This document shows positions 18,501 to 23,570 of a stretch of DNA of 26,028 bases, piece after piece; the first letter of the stretch is position 1, and each line of letters begins with the position of its first letter. A model generated the notes under the pieces. It did not search any database and was not told the origin of the DNA. It saw nothing but the letters and a program-made list of their open reading frames with translations. The stretch is from positions 1 through 26,028 of the IMG/VR virus record IMGVR_UViG_3300032269_000125; one strand, 5' to 3'. A program made the translations under genes and the position numbers. Source of the DNA: a virus (Duplodnaviria; Caudoviricetes).

Positions 18501-18625
18501 TTATATCCAACGCAGAAATGACCGCAGATGAAAAGCGCGATGCTCTAACTGCAATTGGTCAAGCTGAAAACAATATGACTGCTGAAATTCAAACAATCAA
18601 AAAGGTTATCAGCGACAATAAATAA
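9542..18625 (+). CDS. Giant polyvalent ejection protein (HExxH peptidase, glycosylase-like, unknown, two ART-like domains, LPD38-like C-terminus)
   Basis: 3027 aa with GAGGA RBS. HEALH at 12398-12412 plus downstream EEAIADAF. GPKLGAFFANL...TMDLW...QAALW at 13472-13999. HFS...YFY...PE...GYDG at 15107-15421. FKRFFG...FHAS...GFDS...AVFNANQVKS at 15581-16030. C-terminal NFNRKG...IPFLNARVQG...KDNYW...PFEVG pattern. Confidence 0.85.
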   Translation: MTIQAQLADGRVLEFPDGTDPSVVQATVKKVIANPLAAQSTASLESAKSAPVSFGDIAKSFGSGVIGGGKSIVDFFGTGTGVSKGLGEAQNYLQEALTPERKAEIARRQELQDRAAQSGSLFQEAKAFLGGVAEAPFQSLAQAGGSSVPAILTGIIALPAEAPAALALGVGTIAKLAVGAIQGVGEMKGGVFDVVKAEYMKQGKTEKEAEALAIKSSEYSRETAFQTGGAALLGALDAVTGAESSVAKAMRKAPAKEAFEKGIAALPEKAVKAPTRLGQLAKGVAEEAPLEGAQGAFGQYGENVALQQAGADVTPMQGVLGAGLRDAAVGALFGGAASPLSMKSAREDYVTDQTLREIKATQEEDKAKDEAFKLYQDKQEATRQNLGVPDQKVLALPAPAEKVKPSIEEFDNPVGNITRDELGPEVTKYVDKFRRDNKLPRLKTFSIEDIKDAQPGINPEGEQAAIDSILAAKTGFTGQESYTPEDIQNAAVKNNVATETQGFKDFLTKVTGTDKLDEMTQPQLHAAFKSVMDMNRPSDAPHLVLPTGTNATRFNDKQYDAGVKAAADLFERNQGKPFSIESVADTVQEATGLQRPQDAHALISHAIERGDMSKDQQVVYRTYKEGADRPTATYKTKEAAKEAAKKQNASVREETLTQIAPAEEPVQPEKVRAAMPAGYSIETTSVKEGETPAEFQITPEGQGKPLTTVEKLDEVQGKIERLTGLRRDEANKQLVDVNKHERIIFKSKANLESMEARGLTGTEAYKKAQAAHARAEDVLGRRVETLYNRISELEAPLKAKPSGKRTVTREIHTVKKGKKILGSFPNRVAAEESLLTQLSDKELDAVASDTRFGGIADRARKEQESRKSGEKGIRVKGTTEGLEKAGVRTPETEAKLKELETKLKPMLDKFGLGDVALNVVRAINNNAEGSFKGTDKLIQVAFNATNPIKTMRHEALHALKELGFFTPQQWKALEKQAKDKWIGQYLENVKFDENTSRLQAYRNLGLTEDEIIEEAIADAFGSWEGGQKPPPGLMAALFKRLQQFFAALRQALTGAGFESADEIFGKIEAGELKAGKQATEGEKLSLRQGVPVSTVPIMEADDTDARAELGLNTKAVRNRFNSVRDIAIALNNATKDSFGVMNPNNLTNENMDRIAKAIADEVGYQLLTTSETGTGTGWYSSNYPNAVKRLGKVFPELENNPTARSVFSAVVAVSSNGERVATNIKNAIKMYQRIRQGKKMIAVGSRRATALENNLMVIQDLLDEHGDDFEKVLLETTTVKDMNAALRAKGEKPDTAYLADTTVPAAAIYFGPKLGAFFANLSGSEGYLTMDLWWSRTFNRMRGLLIPKATDASINTFREMMDRPTASRDEVIAATIPLAAKYKEYGFNTELEHLMKSKEPKEKVNKPKWFAKAERVAGDAYEQLLYEHKLEKIANTINKNEFEMLEEAPFTGTDRKFMYDAARKAQGMLRNKGVNLTLADVQAALWYYEKRLYQKLSGRKADDIGYEEAINSQAAKGIGRARPSVVFGGKPNSGAVTGGQVASTEELRGILTESTSDERKYSLRSGVIIEVAPNPDQEVANKWREMTPDERLNTTKAVANKAVTRVLDELGFKGYTSYFSSGKYEGEVNPNIIIEAPDGAPAEDLRELASVLGYVLDQKAMVAFDENNKSSSDQNTFVKVVPPSDMSEADLQRLRNHIADSVPQADGDTLRDDALLFGNFSAYNNGVETLSDKQYHQAIIDAIESFDYDGTIQVSEPETFHSEMIWPESRSDYLKGTRYGKSSEVQGREGADVRGSGISRLQTISEEAIALRDRWIDARGQARRSSGIEHSKVDIGQPTAEYGQKREGAESVIGVHFSQQPRNVLSSYFHGNGIRGLEKERLSDPANKDIRDRVYFYVDTGKGVFPEAGVGGAQHVVRLNNLYDIQKDPLKIVKTNTGIDAADRASKLERKVLKAGYDGYVTRDPIQNQGFAVLVGDHTIKTNAEKLSLRTYFPTAEEAENAAYEKAPPGTAEFKRFFGGSTIKEEGRAVPMFHASPSEFNVFRENKPIFISPSASEAEFFGKFHYVGSKREKGKVNVYPLWVRAETPFDFENKQQVDLVYGDLFAQLGEFAGTRERMESGDWSYIEDPAVLNTLKKLGFDSFYVKEGGIKNLAVFNANQVKSITGNIGDFGENKDIRYSLPTYSKDAADAVERTTTRREEKGFIGRILNAIYPENFSDLRAQLIDRYARLSYYDRKIAERMGGANLLADVSASSAANFSDLAASVTASAFGVGNRQGGVPVYKNGFTTIDTSIKGGLEILKPLAKFNDPKAYQDYQFWAGSKRGVRLNKEGKEENFTPKDQVWAKEIYNAYKAKGVDFADIQSEMNEFNKGLVKYMVDTGVLSAEMGVEYMKYNDYIPFYRQIEGEKTVGPKIFNAISGVKPPKKLKGSEAPLNDFFENFVRNTQSAINSGMKNVAAQRAIEAALKIGDISGAEKLNKIDDAPDTVQVLENGKQVSYRVADQLFINAVKSLNMAEMPILGIIAAPSNLLRNLVTKDPGFMLANLARDSLSAWVTSGAKITPITSTVGNFIEALSGKSKGMQALLNAGILGGYEFSSGTLKSGEALEKDLEKKYGSKGKFSPLRTFTTVWDALEHGTEASDAATRIAIYERVLADTGNEAEALHRSLEVMNFNRKGSSPLVRILSAAIPFLNARVQGLDVFYRTAFGVDVDANAKEKQKAFFVRGFTLMALSAAYFFAVSDDDEWKKQEQETKDNYWILPGIGKFPTPFEVGFLFKTVPERLMALAFKDDTTEDFKKSMQRGLLNTLAFNPIPQFAKPIIEYNADYNFFTGRPILGQGMQGVATEFQVGPNTSQFSQALGKAFGMSPLKLDVLIQSYTGTMGTYGVQLIDAVLDSQGNSPHASKRFEQLPIIKRFAVDPEARGNITQYYELKNAVDTAVQTENFLLKSGNAEEYAKYVEENASLLAAKGYVSNTEKEMKKYREMRKLISNAEMTADEKRDALTAIGQAENNMTAEIQTIKKVISDNK
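14046..14243 (+). CDS. Candidate nested (+1 frame) small protein 1 inside the giant gene
   Basis: GGAG (14034-14037) lies 8 nt before the ATG. Upstream is CTGACG, 17 nt, TACTAT with extended TG (13977-14005). The ORF covers an inter-domain linker and contains GLSPEDR. Confidence 0.4.
   Translation: MTLDMKKQSTVKPQRVLDEQDPLWYSVENLTVGLSPEDRSRVLRNFVASLPKAPQTKESTASAQE
14877..15098 (+). CDS. Candidate nested (+1 frame) small protein 2 inside the giant gene
   Basis: AAGGA (14865-14869) lies 7 nt before the ATG. The ORF spans the linker between two domains, stops just before the GVHFS motif and contains GLTPEDR. Confidence 0.45.
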   Translation: MAKVQRYKEEKGQMFGGAGSAVFRPYRKKQLHSGTDGLTPEDRLAGAAESSILRLTSGNLPQNMDKNEKAQKA

Positions 18626-18896
18626 TGTCGTTATCAAAGAGCCAGCCAATTGTTTTGCGATGAGCGTCTTCCCATCTGTTTAAACGCTCTTCTCTGGACA
18701 TGGCCCGACCTTGATCTAACTCTGCATGGCAAGTAAAACACAAAGCGGCTATACGGTAGTCATTAGCTTTTAAGCTACGACCCTTTCCGTCTCGACCTTG
18801 GTTGGAGTGGGCGGCAACTATTGTGCCGTCCATCTTTCCACAGTGCTGACAGGGGGACTCTCTGACGGCTTCAAGTAGTTTTTGATTTCTGTACAT
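18609..18896 (-). CDS. Zn-binding putative nuclease, DUF1364/DUF968 (YbcO-like) type
   Basis: MYRNQKLLEAVRESPCQHCG...VAAHSN...GKG...K.ND...AALCFTCH..LD. Start set at ATG 18896. It overlaps the 3' end of the convergent giant gene by 17 bp. Confidence 0.75.
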   Translation of the reverse strand: MYRNQKLLEAVRESPCQHCGKMDGTIVAAHSNQGRDGKGRSLKANDYRIAALCFTCHAELDQGRAMSREERLNRWEDAHRKTIGWLFDNDIIYCR

Positions 18897-19041
18897 CTGC
18901 TCTTTCAAATTTTTTGTCTTTAAGCAATCCTCTCAACCACGGGACTTTGCCAAGCTTTACCCACTCATCGTATTCGCTTTGAGTCAACCTTGCGGTAATT
19001 GTTCTTCCATTCTTGGTCATTTCTTTTTTAATAATCGGCAC
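18871..19041 (-). CDS. Small ribbon-helix-helix-like protein (56 aa)
   Basis: GTG start with AGGGGA RBS. MPIIKKEMTKNGRTITARLTQSEYDEWVKLGKVPWLRGLLKDKKFERADVQKSKTT shows an alternating beta-strand followed by helices. Below the ORF-track size cutoff. Confidence 0.6.
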   Translation of the reverse strand: MPIIKKEMTKNGRTITARLTQSEYDEWVKLGKVPWLRGLLKDKKFERADVQKSKTT

Positions 19042-19216
19042 TTTCTTTCCCCTTGCTGTAAATAAGCACTTGTTTCTTTTCGTTTATCTTATCTGCGGCT
19101 TTTTGACTTGCAATCTGCCCAGCCCTAGCCCCGCTTGCCATCTGCTTCATCCTCTTATCCAGTAGATAAACGCTTGGACCTTGCCAATCAAAAGCGTTTT
19201 TAATTTTGTTCTGCAT
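19028..19216 (-). CDS. Hypothetical phage protein (62 aa)
   Basis: ORF overlaps both neighbours by a few codons within the coupled - strand operon. Confidence 0.6.
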   Translation of the reverse strand: MQNKIKNAFDWQGPSVYLLDKRMKQMASGARAGQIASQKAADKINEKKQVLIYSKGKESADY

Positions 19217-19373
19217 CTATATCTTTCTGATGAAATGGTGCGTTCTTGTCTAAGAAATCCTTGAGTAATTTCAAAAACCCAACCTCAACGCAAGCGCGTA
19301 TTTCTGCTAGTTCAAAGTCACAGACGATAGTCGCTGACCCATCCTCGTTCTCAACAATTGTTTTCACTATCAT
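19200..19373 (-). CDS. Hypothetical phage protein (57 aa)
   Basis: AAGGAG RBS. MIVKTIVENEDGSATIVCDFELAEIRACVEVGFLKLLKDFLDKNAPFHQKDIDAEQN. Not in the ORF track. Confidence 0.7.
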   Translation of the reverse strand: MIVKTIVENEDGSATIVCDFELAEIRACVEVGFLKLLKDFLDKNAPFHQKDIDAEQN

Positions 19374-19512
19374 GCTTCTCTCCTTCTCTTTTGTTTAAAA
19401 AAATTAAGCCACACTTGGTGCATTTCCAAAGCAAGCCTTGTTCTACTATAACTTTGCGCTCACCGTAAATGCCGCGCAGTTTCCCAAAAAATGTTTTGAT
19501 TACTTCAAGCAT
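19351..19512 (-). CDS. Small zinc-finger-like protein (53 aa)
   Basis: MLEVIKTFFGKLRGIYGERKVIVEQGLLWKCTKCGLIFLNKREGEKHDSENNC has C-x2-C-x3-F-x8-H-x5-C spacing and a GGGGGA RBS. Not in the ORF track. Confidence 0.65.
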   Translation of the reverse strand: MLEVIKTFFGKLRGIYGERKVIVEQGLLWKCTKCGLIFLNKREGEKHDSENNC

Positions 19513-19693
19513 TTTTCCCCCATCGTTTACATAGTTGCTTTACTGTTTCACTCTGCTTCTTTTTCTTGCACACTCCGCTCTTCGACGCCTCTTTTGCTTT
19601 TTGTTGCAATGTCAGTGGAGGTGGCGAGTCAGGGAATAATCCGTTGTATCCAGTTACAGATAGCACAGCACTGAGAATGATTCGGTCAATCAT
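19505..19693 (-). CDS. Hypothetical protein with hydrophobic N-terminus (62 aa)
   Basis: ATGA overlap with the upstream gene. N-terminus MIDRIILSAVLSVTG, basic C-terminus with two Cys. Confidence 0.6.
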   Translation of the reverse strand: MIDRIILSAVLSVTGYNGLFPDSPPPLTLQQKAKEASKSGVCKKKKQSETVKQLCKRWGKNA

Positions 19694-19929
19694 GTGTTCT
19701 TCTTCTTGAGTTTGGCTTCAATATCTCTAACCATTTCAAATATAGTTAAGCGCCCAGCCCCAATCTGAAAATCCACCCAATCCCAGTAGCGCTCTATTTC
19801 CTCATTCGTCAGCCCTACCCATGCTCGCCTTGGTGGAAATGAAGACATAGCTAATACATCATGGGCTTGTCTAAGCAAGGCGCATACGCTGTTGTTGGTT
19901 TCAATCCACTTGTGTTCTTCGCCTGTCAT
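19690..19929 (-). CDS. Hypothetical phage protein, WVGLT-motif paralog A
   Basis: Contains WVGLTNEE...IEAKLKKKNT and has ATGA overlaps at both ends. Confidence 0.75.
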   Translation of the reverse strand: MTGEEHKWIETNNSVCALLRQAHDVLAMSSFPPRRAWVGLTNEEIERYWDWVDFQIGAGRLTIFEMVRDIEAKLKKKNT

Positions 19930-20147
19930 TCTTCCCTCGCTTTCATCATTGCGTCTGCGATTTCGTAAGCCGTCTTTGCAAGCTGTTCGTAGGATGAACC
20001 CACGCTTGTCCTTAACATAGCCTTTGCCGCAAAGTAGTCTCGCAAGGTCATGCCCATTGTGAAATCATTGTTATCAGACCACCCAGCATCAGAAACTGAT
20101 TCGTGCCATTTGGGAGTGTTTAAAGGAAATGCAGGTATATTTTTCAT
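19926..20147 (-). CDS. Conserved small phage protein (GMTLRDYFAAKAM family)
   Basis: PAFP...GMTLRDYFAAKAM...AYEIADAMMKAR is a motif common in proteobacterial phage early regions. AAGGAG RBS. Confidence 0.85.
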   Translation of the reverse strand: MKNIPAFPLNTPKWHESVSDAGWSDNNDFTMGMTLRDYFAAKAMLRTSVGSSYEQLAKTAYEIADAMMKAREE

Positions 20148-20371
20148 GTGTTCTTCTCCTTGAGTTTGGTTTCAATCTTGCGCCCCATTTCCATCGGGGT
20201 GTCGTCTATGTCGATAGCATCCATCATTTCTCTGTCCGTCAGCCCTACCCACGGCTTCTTGTAGTCTTGGATGTCATCGTCTTCTACTCTAAGTATTGCG
20301 GCTCTCACCGACTCCTTGCGTTGCTTTGCCTGTCGTTCAATGGCGTTGAACGCTTCATCTTCTTCATTCAT
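20144..20371 (-). CDS. Hypothetical phage protein, WVGLT-motif paralog B
   Basis: Start reassigned to ATG 20371 (GGAGG RBS). Contains WVGLTDRE...IETKLKEKNT. Confidence 0.75.
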   Translation of the reverse strand: MNEEDEAFNAIERQAKQRKESVRAAILRVEDDDIQDYKKPWVGLTDREMMDAIDIDDTPMEMGRKIETKLKEKNT

Positions 20372-20495
20372 CAATCCCTCCGTTCTGCATAGTGAATATT
20401 GCCCAACCAATCATGGCGCATGCAACGACAAACAAGATTGCTCCAAGAGCCAACATCCCAGCCATCAAAATAATGTTTGCAAATGCTTCCAACAT
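20364..20495 (-). CDS. Small membrane protein (43 aa)
   Basis: GAGGA RBS. MLEAFANIILMAGMLALGAILFVVACAMIGWAIFTMQNGGIDE has an uninterrupted hydrophobic stretch of about 33 aa. Not in the ORF track. Confidence 0.7.
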   Translation of the reverse strand: MLEAFANIILMAGMLALGAILFVVACAMIGWAIFTMQNGGIDE

Positions 20496-20496
20496 A

Positions 20497-20703
20497 TCAG
20501 TCCTCGCTTTCTTTCTCTCTTGGTTCGCCTGCCCAGTAACCATCTTTGTTTAAACGATAGTTCCGGGCCTGCATCTCTTCAGGTGTTCTGCATCTGCGGT
20601 CAACGCCAAATGTTCCTGTGCGGTGATCCTCAAACGCAGAATTACTGTTGAAGTAAAGGCCGCAACCTCTACACTGATTCCTTGATATCCCCACCTTCAA
20701 CAT
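20497..20703 (-). CDS. Phage zinc-binding protein (CxxC...FxxHR...C, FDXHR-like)
   Basis: Start ATG 20703 with AAGGAGG RBS. Contains NQCRGCGLYFNSNSAFEDHRTG....RRC. Confidence 0.75.
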   Translation of the reverse strand: MLKVGISRNQCRGCGLYFNSNSAFEDHRTGTFGVDRRCRTPEEMQARNYRLNKDGYWAGEPREKESED

Positions 20704-21016
20704 CAGCAACCTCCTTGGTCTTCTTCTCCTTGCGCTTAAGCTTTTGCAACTCAGTTTCAACTAACTCAGCAAACGATGCTCCCGATGGGAACCTCATCTG
20801 CGCAGGCTTCATGTCAATTACTGCGCTAATAGACTTGTCCACGCCAGCATTAAAGCCAGCTTGGTAAGGATCTCCATTAGCCATGCGCTGAGAAATCGCC
20901 TCCCTGACAATTTGAGCCATAGGTAACTTTGTTTGCTTTGCAAACTTCTTTAGCTTGTCAATTTCTGCTGGCTCCAAGTACGCCATGAAAGGTTTGTACT
21001 GTTTAAAATGGGTCAT
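20669..21016 (-). CDS. Ribbon-helix-helix (CopG/Arc-like) DNA-binding protein
   Basis: Start reassigned to ATG 21016 (AGGAGG RBS). KPFMAYLEPAEIDKLKKFAKQTKLPMAQIVREAISQRM is a canonical RHH pattern. Confidence 0.75.
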   Translation of the reverse strand: MTHFKQYKPFMAYLEPAEIDKLKKFAKQTKLPMAQIVREAISQRMANGDPYQAGFNAGVDKSISAVIDMKPAQMRFPSGASFAELVETELQKLKRKEKKTKEVADVEGGDIKESV

Positions 21017-21392
21017 TATCCCCTCCTGTCTTAAATTCAAACACCAACGAATCAAAAGCCATTTGCGCTTCTTCGTTGCCATTAAGCTCCGAGCGAGAAT
21101 CAATGCCGCATCGTTTACACAGTTCAGCAGCAGCCTCATGTTCGCCAATAACACCAAGGAAGTCTTGGAAGTCTTCGCGTCTACATAACATGCCAGCTTG
21201 CTGAACTCGGTTTGAATACTGCGTGGGTGATTCATCATCTTGAATCCTCACCAACGCACACCCATATCTAGCCCCCACAAAGTCCCGCAGAAGCTCTACA
21301 GGTACCTCGTCAGGGTGTAGAGCAAGGGTAAGGACGTAACCCGTCCTATCCTGCTTTAGAGCCACCTTTCTTGCTTCAAACTGAAGAGCCAT
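21003..21392 (-). CDS. Hypothetical phage protein (129 aa)
   Basis: AAGGA RBS. Beta-rich N-terminus followed by QAGMLC...FQDFL...CGIDSRSEL. Confidence 0.8.
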   Translation of the reverse strand: MALQFEARKVALKQDRTGYVLTLALHPDEVPVELLRDFVGARYGCALVRIQDDESPTQYSNRVQQAGMLCRREDFQDFLGVIGEHEAAAELCKRCGIDSRSELNGNEEAQMAFDSLVFEFKTGGDNDPF

Positions 21393-21400
21393 ATATTTCC

Positions 21401-21712
21401 TTAAAAAGGTATGTCGTCGTCCATGTCGTCAAAGCCCGACTTGTTTTGGCTTGGTGCTGGCGCTGATTGCGCAGGAGGTATCCAACGATCAACAACCAAA
21501 GCCAAGTATGTCTTACCGCTTGTTTTGCTGACGTTTTTCCATCCGGATATTTTGATGATGGTCATGCCGTCTTCAGTACGAATGTTGGTCATGTCCTTGA
21601 GATTGATGGCAATCTCACCAAAGTAATCTTTACCAAGCGGATTGGTTTTGGTCACAACAGCATGTAGGTTGCCCTTGTCGGGAAGATTTTTAAATGTTCC
21701 AGCATCAATCAT
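21401..21712 (-). CDS. Putative single-stranded DNA-binding protein
   Basis: Short OB-like beta core (DYFGEI...ISGWKNVS..GKTYL) with a Pro/Ser linker and acidic tail DDMDDDIPF. It directly follows the annealing-protein gene. Confidence 0.65.
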   Translation of the reverse strand: MIDAGTFKNLPDKGNLHAVVTKTNPLGKDYFGEIAINLKDMTNIRTEDGMTIIKISGWKNVSKTSGKTYLALVVDRWIPPAQSAPAPSQNKSGFDDMDDDIPF

Positions 21713-22403
21713 TTACTTTCTCCTTTTCTTGCAACGCCTTTTTCTTTTCGGCGAATGCGTTACGAACCTGTGCATACAGCTCAGGATGACTTACTTTCAA
21801 GCCATCAAGCTGAACCTGATTGGCTTTCCAATAACTGTTTAAACCTTTTACATCTGAGTCGTTCAGGGTCAATAGCTCAACCATACCTGCGGCAAATAGC
21901 TCTGCGTTGTTCCCTGCGTCTTGCATGGATGGCATAGTTTTAATTGCGGGCGCTGAAATCTGCACGTCAGCCTGCGCAGTCTCTGTCACAACGGTCACAA
22001 TCGCTGTCGTATCTTCAAGCGGAAGATCGTCTCCAGCATAGATGTACAACCCGAGTCCCTGCATGGCAATCGACTTAACCAAGCACCGCATGATCGCCGT
22101 GTTGATAGCCATTGCATCGGGGTTTGCCACGGGCTTGTTTCTGTAATCTAAAACAGGAAGCTGGCAAGTGATGGCTTTACCAAAGATGGTTGTAGTCACC
22201 CACACCATCGCTGAGTCGCCAAAATTCATTAGCACCGTCTGACCCATGCCTGTACCGTCACCCCACAGTTCTACCTTCCACGTGGCGGCTGGGTCAGCCT
22301 TTAGAACCTCAGTCCAAGCATACGCCCATGACAAGTACGTCATGCCATTCTTCTTCTCTGTTCGGTCGTTTACATTGATCTTTAAAAGCTCTTGCGTATT
22401 CAT
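21705..22403 (-). CDS. Sak3/DUF1071-like single-strand annealing protein
   Basis: LLKINVND..EKK.G.TYLSWAYAW...LPVLDYRNK...INTAIMRCLVKSIAM.GLGLYIYAGDDLP. It lies between the exonuclease and SSB-like genes. Confidence 0.88.
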   Translation of the reverse strand: MNTQELLKINVNDRTEKKNGMTYLSWAYAWTEVLKADPAATWKVELWGDGTGMGQTVLMNFGDSAMVWVTTTIFGKAITCQLPVLDYRNKPVANPDAMAINTAIMRCLVKSIAMQGLGLYIYAGDDLPLEDTTAIVTVVTETAQADVQISAPAIKTMPSMQDAGNNAELFAAGMVELLTLNDSDVKGLNSYWKANQVQLDGLKVSHPELYAQVRNAFAEKKKALQEKEKVND

Positions 22404-22618
22404 AACAATCCTTTATAAAAAATTCCTGCTTCTTTGAAATCGTCAAACTCTTTTGCCTGACTGTTCTCTACTTGAAACCTTATGGTTTTAGTAAAGAAAC
22501 CTTTGTCAGTCTCCCAAGGTTTAACAACGTATGTGTGGGGCCTGTCTGATTTGCTATCTTTCTTTGACTGTTTAAACAACAACAGACACAAGTAAACCCC
22601 ACGATGAGAATTGATCAC
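22400..22618 (-). CDS. Hypothetical protein (start uncertain)
   Basis: The stop overlaps the Sak3-like start (ATGA). A TTG/GTG start at 22621/22618 after AGGGT avoids the 110-bp overlap implied by the ATG at 22735. Confidence 0.45.
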   Translation of the reverse strand: MINSHRGVYLCLLLFKQSKKDSKSDRPHTYVVKPWETDKGFFTKTIRFQVENSQAKEFDDFKEAGIFYKGLL

Positions 22619-22625
22619 CAAGTAC

Positions 22626-23498
22626 TTACCCTGCTTGGGTATGCTTAACTTCCGCTTGGTACTGTTTGCACCACTTTGCGACGTAGCAGAAGTTTCCTGC
22701 GCATCGGGTGTACTCACCTTGTCTTGTTTCGACATAACCTTTTTCCTTTTCGGCTAGTTCCGTGGCCTCCTCTATTGTTTTAAACACACGGATCGCAGTC
22801 TTACGACCCTCCCTTTTTGTTGCATAAGTGGTTTCTTTTGCCCACCTTTCCTCATCGGTGCAAGGTTGTAAGTCCTCACCAAAATCATGCGCCATCTTTG
22901 CTTCCCTGTGCATCTCCAAACGCGTACGCACATATGTCTCAGCCTTGACTGCGTCCCATAATGGGATATCAATCATTACCGCCTCTGCTTCGGGGTAACC
23001 TTCTTTCGTTTCGTGCTGGCTATAGTCTTTGATAAAGGCGCAGATTTGTAGCCGCTTCACGGGCTTGCGCTTAGAAGTCTCGACCAGCCACTTGTAAACG
23101 TTAAGCTGAGTTTCCCAATCAGACTTGTTCATCATCACAGACCAAGCTTTGACAAATTTGTAATCCACAATCTCAACGCCGTCGTGATCATCTTTTTGCA
23201 AATCAATCTGCCCGCTGATAGTGATGCCTTCAACATCCACATACAGACGCTCTTCGTTGATGTAGCCCTCAATCTCCTTAGCTTCTAACTTGCCATGCAT
23301 AAATGTGCCAAACTGCGAGGCGAGCATAGAGGTAACATCAACCTCTATCTGATCATCATATTGTTCGCGCAACCTTCTAATTTTTGGTGGCGACATAAGC
23401 TCAGTCACGCTATACTGAGATGCGCCCTTTGTATAGAAGTTGCGAGTCAACAAAGCTACAACCGGCGGGGGTAAATTCTGTTTGTTGGTAATAATCAT
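22626..23498 (-). CDS. PD-(D/E)xK exonuclease (Cas4/RecB-like), recombination partner
   Basis: Start ATG 23498 (GGAG RBS). SVTEL, GTFMH, E-x-R, SGQID...IVDYK and QLNVY motifs, plus a C-terminal C...C-x4-C-x5-C cluster. Confidence 0.85.
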   Translation of the reverse strand: MIITNKQNLPPPVVALLTRNFYTKGASQYSVTELMSPPKIRRLREQYDDQIEVDVTSMLASQFGTFMHGKLEAKEIEGYINEERLYVDVEGITISGQIDLQKDDHDGVEIVDYKFVKAWSVMMNKSDWETQLNVYKWLVETSKRKPVKRLQICAFIKDYSQHETKEGYPEAEAVMIDIPLWDAVKAETYVRTRLEMHREAKMAHDFGEDLQPCTDEERWAKETTYATKREGRKTAIRVFKTIEEATELAEKEKGYVETRQGEYTRCAGNFCYVAKWCKQYQAEVKHTQAG

Positions 23499-23534
23499 GA
23501 ACTCTCCAAAAGGTTTATATGGACACAGGGCATA

Positions 23535-23563
23535 ATAATAGTGCTTGTATGGAAGAATTGCAA
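23535..23563 (-). promoter_or_regulatory. sigma70-type promoter for the leftward early operon
   Basis: On the - strand: TTGCAA (23563-23558), 17-nt spacer, TATTAT (23540-23535), ending 36 nt before the nuclease ATG. Confidence 0.65.
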
Positions 23564-23570
23564 GCACTAT
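23538..23570. promoter_or_regulatory. Inverted repeat (operator or RNA hairpin)
   Basis: Perfect 10-bp arms ATAGTGCTTG (23538-23547) / CAAGCACTAT (23561-23570) with a 13-nt spacer. It overlaps the leftward promoter and the RusA-like start codon. Confidence 0.65.

Larger units (their letters stand above)
19690..20251. repeat. Dispersed direct repeats shared by two paralogous gene ends
   Basis: 19690-19722 versus 20144-20176 match at 31 of 33 bp. CGTCAGCCCTACCCA is identical at 19807-19821 and 20237-20251. Confidence 0.9.

Noticed and set aside
1385-18510. Numerous minus-strand ORFs opposite the structural genes
   Set aside because: These are antisense shadows of long, well-supported + strand genes, with no RBS or motifs.
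9542-18625. Intein or virion RNA polymerase within the giant protein
   Set aside because: No Hint-type C...HN splice motifs, no LAGLIDADG motifs and no DxDGD or other RNAP catalytic motif were recognised.
21017-21238. N-terminal extension of the RHH ORF given in the track (similarly 3804-3875, 504-566, 20372-20410, 20704-20760, 23499-23567)
   Set aside because: The extensions overlap neighbouring genes or control regions, and downstream ATGs have clear RBSs.
22626-23498. Cas4-like nuclease as evidence of a CRISPR-Cas system
   Set aside because: Its context with Sak3-like and SSB-like genes marks an ordinary phage recombination module.
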